From the NCBI RefSeq assembly GCF_009914755.1, contig NC_060943.1: a DNA stretch of 64,000 nt; one strand, 5' to 3'. The number at the start of each line of letters is the position of its first letter. Position 1 is the first letter of the stretch. This DNA is from the human T2T-CHM13v2.0 reference genome, Homo sapiens. The notes below the pieces were generated by a model, which had not been told where the DNA came from, ran no database searches, and worked only from the letters and a program-made list of their open reading frames with translations. The position numbers and the translations under genes were made by a program. Shown here piece after piece: positions 52,613-64,000 of this stretch.

Positions 52613-53315
52613 TCAGATAATTTTTTAAATCGAGAAAAGATGAATGTTATAGCACATCTCACTTGCATTTAATGAACTGTGTGTACAGTTTTTTTCCCCT
52701 TAGTTCTGTGAAAGTGTTACATCAAATAATTTTCTAATTTGAAAGCTACCTTGCATTTCTGGTGTAAATCCTCCTTTATCAGCATACACTATTCTTAAAT
52801 GTAATTTATTCCACTTTGCCAATACCTTGCATGGTACATTTTGTCTATGTCCTTGAGTGGTTAAATTTTGGTGTCAGGATGATACCAGCTCATTATGAAT
52901 TGGGGATGTAGTGGTAATTTCTATTTATTCCAACAGATCTAGTCTTCTTCTTTCCCCAGTCTGCTTTGTACCCCAGAACATGGCCTTTTGTGGACTGCAT
53001 CATTGGGCTACATTGCCCTTTGGTTTTTGTGGGTCAACACATTGGAGATATAGCAGGGCACTGAAGGAAAGAGGAGAGTGAGATGAGGGGACTCACTCCC
53101 AGTTGCCCTCCTTCAGGACTACAGGTTGGCCATGGCTGCGTTCCTATCCTGGTGGCCGAAGGTCCTGGGAGCTCGCTCTCTCCTACAGTTACAGGTCTCA
53201 CTGGATTGTAGCAAAGCTTCTTTTCCTTGCCTCCCATTAGATATTTTGCTCTTGCTTGCCTTGGGCATTTTGTTATTGGTTTCCCTTTACTTTGCTCACA
53301 GCAGAGCCATAAGCC

Positions 53316-53929
53316 TGTGAACCCAGGGGTGTCTGAGACAGGTCTCAATCAATTTGAAAGTTTATTTTGCCAAGGCTAGGGATGTGTCTATGACACAGCT
53401 TCAGGAGGTCCTGAGGACATGTGCCCAAGGTGGTCAGGATACAGCTTGCTTCCATACATTTTAGGGAGACATAATACATCAATCAATGCATGTAAGATTT
53501 ACATTGCTTCGATCTGGAAGAGCAGAACAACTTGAAGTGGGGATGGGGGGGCTTCCAGGTAGTAGGTAGATTTAAAAATTTTCTGATTGGCAGTTGGTTC
53601 AAAGAGTGAACCAATAGAAAAGAATGTCTGGGTTGTGATAAGGGATTGTGGAGACCAAGGTTTTTATCATGCAGATGAAGCCTCCAGGTAGCAGGCTTCA
53701 GAGAGAATAGATTGTAAATATTTCTTATCAGACTTAAGGTCTGTGTTGATGTTAAATCCTGGTCAGCTTTTCCTGAATTCCAAAAGAGAGATAGGTATAA
53801 TGAGGCATATCTGACCCCTCCTTCCATTATGACCTGAACTAGTTTTTTAGGTTAACTTTGAATGCCCTTGGTCAAGAGAAGGGTTCCATTCAGATAGTTG
53901 CGGGCCTTAGAATTTTATTTTTTGTTTAT
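53316..53929 (-). mobile_element. MER4-family LTR
   Basis: TCTGAGACAGGTCTCAATCAATTTGAAAGTTTATTTTGCCAAGG…GACATGTGCCCAAGGTGGTCAGG…TTAGAATTTTATTTT. Confidence 0.8.
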
Positions 53930-54037
53930 AGTCATTCATTAAACTCTTGTCATGTATCCTGTGTGAGTGTGCCATTTCCTTCCTGCAGGGACATTGATTA
54001 TTTATGCTTTGGAAGAATTTGTATAAGATTGGAGTGG

Positions 54038-54740
54038 TGTAAGCGCCCGACGGGTTCTTCCCGCCTGCTCCACAAACAAAATCAATTCACAGAGACCATA
54101 ACATTGCAGTAAAGAAAGAGTTTAATTGATGGGAGGCTGGCCATGCCATGTAGGAGACAGAGTTATCATCAAAATGATCTCATTGAAGGCTCAGAAGCTA
54201 TGGGATTTTCAAAGATGCTTGGTGGGCAGGGGACTTGGTTATATGGAGTGGTGAGGGCTTGGGTTGAAGACGAAAGAATAGGGAGTCAAAGCTGTCTTTT
54301 TGCATGGAGTCACTTCTGGATGGGGCCACAGGAGTGGCTAATGGATCCAGGTGGAGCCATCAGTGTTAGACACACAAAGAAAACCTGAAAAGACATCTCC
54401 AAAAGCCAATCTCAGGTTCTACCATAGTGATGGTATCTGCAGAAGTAACTGGGGAAGTTGCATATCTGTGAAATCCAGAATAATTGGTGGCAATTATTTC
54501 ATATGTTTATTAAAGTTGTTATTTTGTTTTAATAGCTTTATTGAAGTATAGTTGACATATAACAATTACATATACCTAAAGTGTATAGTTTATAATTTTT
54601 GTTTATGTCTATACCTTGGCCAAATTAAGAGGGACCATCAGGCACTATCCTCCTAGCTTGATGGTCTCTCATTAGCTTTATAAACACAGTTGAGTTTTGG
54701 GGAAGGGCTATTATCATTTTAATTATAAAGTAAATGTCTC
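54038..54740 (-). mobile_element. ERV1 LTR fragment (LTR8/MER50-like)
   Basis: Terminus TGTAAGCGCCCGACGGGTTCTTCCCGCCTGC…TTGCAGTAAAGAAAGAGTTTAATT. Confidence 0.55.
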
Positions 54741-55471
54741 TTTTTAATGTTCTTCTCTTCATTAATCTATTAAGTTGATTCTAATTGTACTTTAAAATCT
54801 TGTATGTTTATTAAATTAAATTATTTTGTTTTAATATCTTTTAATAAAGTATAATTGACATATAACAAATATGTATATCTGAAGTACATAATTTGTGACT
54901 TTTGACAGTTGCAAAAATCAGAACCACCATAATGATCAAAATAATGAACACATCCCTCACTTCCAAATGCCTCCTTGTTCCTCTGTGTAACACCCTCTCC
55001 TGCATCTCCTTAATCCCTTCCTCCTCTCTAGGCAACCGCTGATCAGCTTTATGTCAGTATAGATTAATTTGCTTCATGTAAATTCAATCATACAGTATGG
55101 AATGTTATTATTTCTTCAGAGAGTGTTGTCCTTCTGGTTCATCTGTGTCATGTGTATGAATAGTTTATACCTTTTTTGAATGTTAAATTTAAAAAACTAC
55201 ATACGGTGATACTCACTATTTTTGATGTACGTTTATTTCCATGAGTTTTGACAGCTGTGCCTTCTGCAGGTTTTGTATTGATGTCTGGAATCTCAAGCAC
55301 TACCACCACAATAGAGATGCCATTTTCTTACTTTCAAATATTCCTTGTGCTGTGCTTTTGTAGTGAAATATTCTCCTTGTCCTCAATTCTGAGCAGCCAC
55401 TGGTTCATTCTTTATTCTGATACCATTGCGTTTTCTAGAACTGCTTATCATGAAGTCACGCAATATGTAGC

Positions 55472-55837
<366 letters not shown>

Positions 55838-55859
55838 TAATTATGATCTTACATTTTTA

Positions 55860-56912
55860 AAGGTATCAAGTGTCATTACACTTTCTTGATTTCTTTCTTT
55901 TCTAGTTTATTGTTGATGTTCAGGAATGGTACTGATTTTAGTATGTTGATTTTATATCCTGCACCTTTAATGAATTTATTGATCAGTTCTGAGAGTTTTT
56001 TGGTGGTGCTTTTGGGGTTTTCTGTTCATAAGATCATGTCCTCTGCAAGCAGAGACAATTTGACATCCTCCTTTCCAGTCTGGATGCCCTTTGTTTCTTT
56101 TTCTTGCCTAATTGCTCTGGCTAGGACTTTCATTACTACATTGAATAAAAGTGGCAAAAATGGACATTCTTGCCTTGTTCCAGATCTTGGAGGAACAGCT
56201 TTGTACTTTTCCCTATTCACTATGATGTGAATAGGCTGTGGGCTTGCCATACATCGATTTATTGTGTTGGGCTACATTCCTTCTATACTCAGTTTGTTAA
56301 GAGTTTTTACCATGAAGGACTGTTGAATTTTATCGTGCTTTTTCTGCACCTATCGAGATGTTCATATGGTTCTTGTACTCATTCTGTTGATGTGATGTGT
56401 CTTATTTGTGGATCTGTGTGTCAGGAACCATCCTTGCATCCCTGGGTTGAATTCCACTTGGCATAGGAATGATCACTTTGATGTGCTGCTTCATTTGTTT
56501 GGCCAGTATTTTGGGGAGGATGTTTGCATCCACGTTTATCAGTGATATTGGCCTATAGTTTTCTTTGTTGTTGTGTCCTTCCCTGAGTTTGATATCCGGA
56601 TAATGGTGGCCTTGTAAACTGAATTTGGAAGAATTCTATACTCTTCAATTTTCTGGAAGAGTTTGAGAAGAATTGCTATTAATTCCTCCTAAATATTTGG
56701 CGGAATTCTGCAGTGAAGCCATTGGAGTCTGGAATTTTCTTTGATAGGAGACATTTTATTACAGATTCAATTTGTCACTTGTAATTGGTCTGTTCAAAAG
56801 TTTGATTTCTTTTCAGTTCAATCTTGGAAGGTTGTATTTTTCCAGGAATTTATACATTTCTGCTAGGTTTTCAAATTGGTGGTTGTATTGTTGTTCATGA
56901 CAGCCTCTAATG
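55860..56912 (-). mobile_element. L1 ORF2 (RT region) fragment
   Basis: ORF 56026..56250: [52 protein letters not shown]. Confidence 0.9.
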
Positions 56913-58907
56913 AGAGAAAATCTAATCATGAAAATTCACCCCTAGCTGAGGCCCACTTCCTTCCTCAGTGATGTGGCCGTCACCCAGGCCACAGGTCCGC
57001 ATACCAGTGTGAGTCAGGCCGGGCCAGGTGGGCGGGAGGCTTGGCCGAGTGGCACCAGGAAATGCTTCTTATTGCTATTGACTCGGCTTGAAGATCCCTA
57101 ACCTGCATAGGTTTTTGGAATTAAAACAGAAAGGTAAATGTCAGGCCTGGTGAGTTTCCAGACCTCTGGCATGCTCAGCCCCAGGGCTTGCCACCCCACA
57201 GGGGTCGGATGCTCCATCTCCCGCTCCAGTCCCTCTCTCACTAGACTTTCTGCTGATGTCCTGTGCACTCAACCAACATGACCCAGTGTCTAGTGAAGTC
57301 ACGCAGAGCCCATGCAGGAGACACACAGGGCATTGGTGACTTGGTCACACTCCTCAGGGCACATATGGGGTGACCGATGGATGGAGGAGAAGGAAATGGG
57401 GGTGCTAAGAGTTCACTCTTGACTTGGAGAAGGAGACCTGGAGAAGGTCAAGTGTTGGAACCACCCTGGCAGAGGTCAGAGACAAAAAGAAACCTGAGAG
57501 ATGGGGCCCAGCAAAGTGGAAAGCTGGGGTGTACAGAGGGAGGGTGGAGGATCAGGTCTCAAGGTCAGCAGGCTGGGTCCTGCCTATTGTGTGTTCTGGC
57601 ACTGGGTATGGACTCTGTGCTGAGAGATATGGGTAGGTGTCTGGGGTGTGTGGTGACGTGATGAGACCTGGACTGTAAGAGGTCACCTCTGCATTCTGGG
57701 CAATGACTTAGGGGTTGGAGGGAGGCTATGGGAAGGTCAACACTTAGACGTACTGCCCACCTAAGACTGGAGTGACCTTGTGAGGTGGCTCTGAAGGGTG
57801 TGGGAGGCTGACTTCAGGCAGGAGAGGTAAATGGGACTGAGCTAAAGGGAGGTGTGGGGAGCACTGGTCAGGGCAGAGAGGATGGCTCAACGGCCTGTCT
57901 TCTACCAGGGAGTGGCTCAGAGCCAGGGCAGGAGGCCAGCTCTGAGTTGGTGGGAGCCTGGCAGAGGTTTTGCTCAGGAGTCCTGGGAGGCCCCTGGACC
58001 TGAGTGACAGGTCTGAGGGGTCTCACTTGCACTTAAGGCATTAAAATGTCCCTGTGCCTTTTGTATCCTATTAGTAGGTCAAGGAACCCAGCAGCAAGGT
58101 GGACTTAGGCCTCCAGGGGCTCTGGCTGTCATGGGTGAGGGGAGATGAACAGAGTTGGAGGCTGCAGGGAGGAGTGGAGGGGGAGCTGGCAGGATGGGCC
58201 AGGGTTCCCCACACAGGCTCAGTGGAGAAGGGCTTGTCATCATGGTGACCCTTTGTGCTGCAGCCTAGGGGGTGAGACCTACAGTCATGGACCAGATCCC
58301 AGGGCAGTGTGGATGATGGAGGAGGAGGGTGAGTTCAAGGCAGGTGTGGGGACAGAAGATGTGGGCCTCCAATGACCTGCACAGGGCCTGCATTTTATCC
58401 TGAGGAAGGAGGATCAGGAGCCCCCGAGGGCTTTTCCTGGAGCCGCAGGTGCTGCCATGGAGTGCAGGGAAGGTCACTCTGGCAGCTGTGGGGATGGCCT
58501 GGAGCCCAGGGAGTTGGTCCTAGAGGAAGGAGGCAGCTGCCATAATCCAGGTCAGAGTCAACAAGGACATAAAACCACCTGCTCATTGTTTACTCATTTC
58601 TTCATCACAAGTTCTCTGAGTATGTCCTTGGATCCAAGGCCTGGGAAACCAGGAATGTGGGTATGACCCCATTTCAACCTTGAGAATGGCTTTGAAGCCT
58701 ATTGTCCCTAGACCACACCTGAGGATGTTACCTGGCCCACTTTTCTCACATTACACAGGAGAGGACTGAAGACAGAAGGGGTATGGTTTCCACCTCCAAG
58801 GTCCTGCACAGCCCAAGGACACAGGGCCTGGAGGAGGTCCCAGGTGTCCTCATGTCGTGACCTGACCTCTCTCAAATGGAACATGGATCTCAGCTATGAT
58901 TCTATTT

Positions 58908-59070
58908 TCCATCCATCCATGCACTCATCATCCATCCATCCATCCATCCATCCGTTCATCCATCCATCCATTCATCCATTCATCCATCCATCCATCATCT
59001 ATCCATAGATGCATCTATCCACCTATCCATCCAACAATCCATCTGTCCAGCTATCCATCTATCCTTCCAT
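58908..59070. repeat. (CATC)n tetranucleotide repeat, degenerate
   Basis: Seen directly. Confidence 0.9.
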
Positions 59071-59669
59071 TCTTTTATCTGTTTCAGAGACAGCACTTCC
59101 TACATTTGGGCAGCAAGACTCTTGTTGAAGAGGATGTGGATGAGGCATTTCTGTGGGTGCCGGAGAAGCTCCATATAGTGCTAGGTTAATATTACTAAGT
59201 TATGGCTGAAATTCAATATTCTATGAAACATACAAGTAGGGAATATAATTCCTTATACCAACAATACAGAGATCATCACATATCATTAAGAATAACAGAG
59301 TCGTAAGCATTTTAGTTAAAGTAAACTCACAGGACATTGTCATTTTAAGAAATTACTCAATTTCAGGACAACTGACAGATCATGGGTAGACTCATCTTCA
59401 GTGACAATTATTTTCTAACATTTTCCTTATTCTTTCAAACACATGTGAAATGCTTTTGCATCTCAAAGTATTTATATCAATAACATGTTTGTCCAAATTT
59501 CTCAGGGCATTTCTAATTCTTTTCATTTACTTCTGGTTGAAACTCTCCATCTTTGATTGCTACAAGCTGAGTTTTAATTGAGACTGAATAAGTAGCATGA
59601 TCTGCATTATTTTCTTTAGCTCCACAGATTTAAATTCCATTGAAATGCTGAAATTTACATGTTTTTGTC

Positions 59670-60600
59670 TCCAGGCCCAACTATTCCATGAGCTCCAAAC
59701 TAGAGCGTCTCACACCCCCTGTGTCCCGTCCTCCTGGATAGCTAATGGATGTCTTGGATGTGGGAAACTTATCCAGGCCAGCATGGGACTCTGGATCTTT
59801 GCCCTAAACCTGCTCCTCCCCAGGCTTCACCTTCTCAGCAGTGGCATCACATCCAGCCAGCTGCTCCAGCCCAAATGTGATGAGATCATTTTGATTCCCC
59901 TTCTCTCCACATCCTCTCCCCATATTCAATTCAACAGCAGGTGCTGTCAGTGCTGCCCCAGCCTCTGTCTCCCTCGTGTCTCTCCAGGGCTGCACTGTGA
60001 CAAGGCCACGGTGTCTACCTGGACGGCCACAGGGACTCCCAGTTGGTCTTCCTGCCTCTACTGCCGCCCCCGTTGCTCTATTCCAACAGGGAAAGTGTGA
60101 CCTCGTAAGTCCTGCTCATCCCCTCCCAGGATTTTTCACTGCACATGGAAAGGATCCACCTTTCTGCAAGGTCCTGCGTGACCTGGCACTTGCCTCGTTT
60201 TCTGACGTGACCTCCTTCCCTGCTGCCCCTTGTTCCAGCTGCACTGGCCATTTCTCCAACACAACAAATCCTTTCTCATCATGCCGCATTCCCTGCCCCA
60301 GACCTTCACCTGGTGGCTGCCTCAGGTTCTTCAGGACTCAGGGGAGATGTTGTCTCCTCAGATGCCTTCTGGGACCACCTGACCAATGTGGCACCTCAAG
60401 CCAGTCCCGCCTGATCACATTTCCCTGTTGGGTGGTCCTTGTGGTTCTCATCACTATTACAATTTTCTTGAGCTTTGCAACCCCCTCTTCACCTTGGATG
60501 TGAACTTCAGGGAAGCAGGGCCGTCACCTGCCTTGTTTTCCACTGGGTGCCCGGCTCTGGGAAAGGGCCTGATGTGTGGCAGGGGACACTTCTTCCCTGG
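59670..60600. mobile_element. L2 LINE relic
   Basis: L2-like text: GAGCTCCAAACT…CCTCCTGGATAGCTAATGGATGTCT; CAGGGCCGTCACCTGCCTTGTTTTCCACTG. Confidence 0.6.
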
Positions 60601-61616
60601 CTGAGTGGATGGGTGATGACTGGGATGGAAAGTGCATTAAATGAGGCCAATTCTGGGGACAGAGGGGAGATGATGTGTCCTGAGATGGGGGACTGAAACG
60701 TGTGACCTGGAGGAGATGACGGCTGAGGGATGACAAGGAGAATGGGTGGAAGGGAGAAAGGGCATTTTGGGCAGTGGGAGTGAGGGAGGAGAAGAATGTT
60801 GAAAGGAAATCTGGGAGTGCAAAGATAGGGTGGTCAGCAGTGGAGCCTTGTCCTGGCCAGCCGTGTGTGCCCTGCTGAAGGTGGGTCTGCACTTGTAGGG
60901 AAATGAGCTCTCAAAGATCCAGGGAGAAAGAAGATCCAGGCTGGTATTCCCATGGAAGGGGAGTGAGGCTGGAGGCAGGGAGACTCAGAGGGATGGAGGT
61001 CTCGCTGACCTGAGCAGGAGGGAGGGACAGGGTTTGGAGGGTGTCATCTGAGAGACACCTGGGTGGGAGGGAGAGGGAGGAGTCTAGGGCGGTGTGAGCT
61101 GATAGGGGTAGGCGACCACCGCCTGGGAGGTCCAAGGAGCCTGCGGAAAGGGCTTGAGGTTTGGGGAGGGACCTCCCCCAGAAGGAGTTGATGGAGCCTC
61201 ATCAGTGTATTGAAGGCCACTGAGACCTCCATCGAGGATGAAATCAACTGAGGGGTGAGGTGGGAGAGAGGGGCCGTGTTTGAGGGTGGCACTCGTTCCC
61301 TGTGACCTCAATGTCAATGTCCCCTGTCATGGTGACATGGCCACACAGACCCATGGCCTCATGCAGATTGCCTGGTCCCACCAGCCCCAGGAGCAGAGCT
61401 GAGCTGCAGGTATTTATGGGGACGCTGAGGCTTGTGACTTAGCCAGGAGGGTGTGATTTCCCAGCCTCCAGCATCCCGAGTCCTGGGGAGCCCTGGAGGT
61501 TCTGCATTGAGGGGTTGTGGGGTAGAGGTAGGGGGAGAAAAAAGGACAGCTTGGGTAGGTAGGGATGGAGAAGTGTGTTAAGGTTGATTTCCTGGGTTCC
61601 GAAAACAGGCATATCG

Positions 61617-61902
<286 letters not shown>

Positions 61903-62129
61903 CTATGCTACACCTGTAGAGTTTTTCCTCAGTCGCATATTTTCACACTGGGACCCTGGTCACACTCTGCATATGCGGTCACAGCCAACCCCACACAGAT
62001 GCCAGAACACAGAACTGAGCTGCAGGTGTTCATTGGGGTCTCTGTAGTGATGAACAGAGCCAGGCCAGGAACGCGGGGAGCCCCAAGGAAGGCAGGAGGG
62101 CCAATATCTGATCTGCAGGGGTCCTCAGA

Positions 62130-63138
62130 TCAGAAGGCTGCTTCTATGCAATCGTTGCTCTGAAGGATCTTCTTCTGTTGGAAAAAGAAGAAAGAGAGGA
62201 GCCGGTGGCCTCTGTGAAAGGCTCCCCAGACTCATCGTTATTGCCCGGTCCCCGAGCTCAGAGGAGCTCCTTGAGTGTGTCTGCTTGTTGGGGATCCCAG
62301 GCTCTGGACAAAGATGGTGGATGTGGGTTGTGTCTCCTGCTTGAGTGTGACTCTGCATGTGTTGGTGTAACACGTGTATGCATGTGTGTGGGCAGGCATG
62401 GGGTGTGTGTGTTGCTGTTAACAGCGTCCTGTGTGAGTGTGTGTTGCTGTGTACTCATCATCAGTGCTTTGGTGCAGTGATTGTGGTTCCCTGCATGCCT
62501 AGGCCTCTCCCGGGCACCAGGGGCAGAGGTTCTCCCCTTGCAGAGTTGCAGCGTCTGGGTCGAGGACTTGGAGAGGTGAGGCAGGAGGGCCCTGTTGGGG
62601 CAGGTGGGGAACTTCATCTGATTTTGCGCATCCTGGGATGTGGCTTCCTGCTTAAAACGTGGAAAGCAGGATGGAAGGCAAGTGCAGGGAAGTGCAAGCC
62701 TGGGACGTGTGGCCATGTAGTGTGTGCAGGTCCCCCCGGGCACACTCACAATAACAACTGAATGAGCAAATCTTTCTGTCACGGAGACATTGGCAAAGCA
62801 TTGCTGGACATTGAGGAAGGACTCCTCTGTCAGGGGACTGGGGTTGTAACGAGCAAGCTCCTCCTTCAGGAGGTCTTGGGACACATCAAACACAACATTC
62901 GCAAGCAGTTTATCGATATCCAGGCAGGCATCCCCTGTGGAGGATGAGGTGAGATAAGAAAACAGAGGAGGTCAGAATTCAGCGAAACCTCCCATGGCCA
63001 ATGAGACCTTGGGATGGTGATGAGAGTGAAGGAGCAGGGCCACCGCTTCCTCCCAGCCCTGCTCGCCTCTTTCTTACCCAGCTGGACGCTGCAGATCAGA
63101 GCCAGCAGAAGAGCACAGGTGGCGGATGTCACCCTCAT
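62130..63138 (-). CDS. SCGB2B2: Secretoglobin family 2B member 2 (ABP beta/gamma, Fel d 1 chain 2-like), 96 aa, 3 coding exons
   Basis: Exon 1 63138-63078, exon 2 62934-62750, exon 3 62174-62130, all GT-AG with phases 1 and 0. Product: MRVTSATCALLLALICSVQLGDACLDIDKLLANVVFDVSQDLLKEELARYNPSPLTEESFLNVQQCFANVSVTERFAHSVVIKKILQSNDCIEAAF*. Signal peptide, three mature-chain Cys, NVS sequon. Confidence 0.96.
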
Positions 63139-63193
63139 GACAGCGGAGTCTGGTCCCAGCAGGCACAGGCAGGGAATTTGGCGATGGGTGAGC

Positions 63194-63203
63194 TTTATGT
63201 ATA
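63194..63203 (-). promoter_or_regulatory. TATA-like box of SCGB2B2
   Basis: TATACATAAA on the minus strand ~60 nt upstream of the ATG. Confidence 0.6.
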
Positions 63204-63225
63204 TCTGAACAAGGCACATGCCTCT

Positions 63226-63227
<2 letters not shown>

Positions 63228-63276
<49 letters not shown>
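63228..63276. repeat. (TG)n microsatellite in SCGB2B2 proximal promoter
   Basis: Seen directly. Confidence 0.95.
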
Positions 63277-63280
<4 letters not shown>

Positions 63281-63738
63281 TGGTCAGGGCAGGTCTGCAG
63301 AGAGACCCTCGGCCCTGGGCCATGCTGTTGGGGTGGCAGCGTATCGGGAACTGGACTCAGCATGCAGTGGGAGGGGTTGGGTGTTGTGACATTCTCTCTG
63401 TCCTCCCTGGAGCTCCCTGGGATTGGGAGCAGGCTGAACACTGGTGTAAGCCTGCAAGTCTGAGTGTGCATGCACATGTGACCCTGTGTCTTGGCAAACG
63501 TGTGTCTGCACTTGGCACGCCCTAGCACAGAATCTGCCACTGAGTGCTGGCTCAACAAACATTTGCTAAGTGAGTATGTCTGTCTGAATGGATAGCACAT
63601 TAGGTGCAGCTTTTGAGAAATCAGTAAACTGTAATTTAGATTCAAAGAACATTATCTGGAGTAAAACACAGAACCTAAAGGACATGAGATGTAGCAAGTG
63701 TGTTAGGGACACATGTGACACAGTGAAGGGATCCTACA

Positions 63739-64000
63739 TGTTGGGGACCAGCCTCAACACTACCCGTAGGGTACCCGAAGTCTGGTGGTGACAAAGGATT
63801 GAGAAAAGACAAGTTAAGAGTGAAAGGTGGGGAGCCAGGGGGCCAGTGCAAAATGTGGAGGCTGCAAAAGGTGCCGAGCTCTGGTCTCCACACTATTTAT
63901 TGAGTACAGTCCCTTCGATCTAAGAAGCAGATGTTCAGGGAGAAACAGTGAAAGGGTGGCAGTGCATCACAGGCATAATCTATAGCAATAGCAGTTTAAA
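63739..64000 (-). mobile_element. MER9-type LTR (HERV-K9/HML-3), truncated by window edge
   Basis: TGTTGGGGACCAGCCTCAACACTACCCGTAGGGTACCCGAAGTCTGGTGG; homology to the 41950-42492 block stops abruptly here. Confidence 0.75.

Noticed and set aside
62258-63645. Long ORFs 62866..63645 (259 aa) and 62258..62893 (211 aa) as novel proteins
   Set aside because: They are SCGB2B2 exon 1 or exon 2 extended through promoter, microsatellite and intron sequence.

Overview
This is primate, almost certainly human, genomic DNA that I recognise as the 19q13.11 secretoglobin/KRAB-ZNF neighbourhood. Nearly everything is on the minus strand. From left to right: (1) an Alu-interrupted RPS26 processed pseudogene; (2) a disabled ZNF181/ZNF302-like KRAB-C2H2 paralog with intact KRAB-A and KRAB-B exons; (3) a two-LTR HERV-T (HERVS71/LTR6) provirus with a tRNA-Thr PBS and degraded gag/pro/pol/env; (4) a full-length, inactivated ~6.5 kb L1PA; (5) solo LTRs (MER11-, MER39-, MER51-, MER4- and MER9-like), Alus, MIR/L2 and DNA transposon relics; (6) an orphan ~550 bp duplicate of the SCGB2B2 upstream region; (7) a CpG-island SCGB1B-type gene (SCGB1B2P); (8) the intact three-exon SCGB2B2 gene (96 aa). 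The main finding concerns the SCGB1B 'pseudogene'. Spliced by hand it gives an uninterrupted 96-codon secretoglobin frame with a signal peptide, three canonical cysteines, all GT-AG sites and an AATAAA. Its only visible defect is a GTG where the start codon should be. Together with SCGB2B2 it could form a latent human ABP/Fel d 1-like two-chain system. Repeat family names come from visual recognition, not RepeatMasker.
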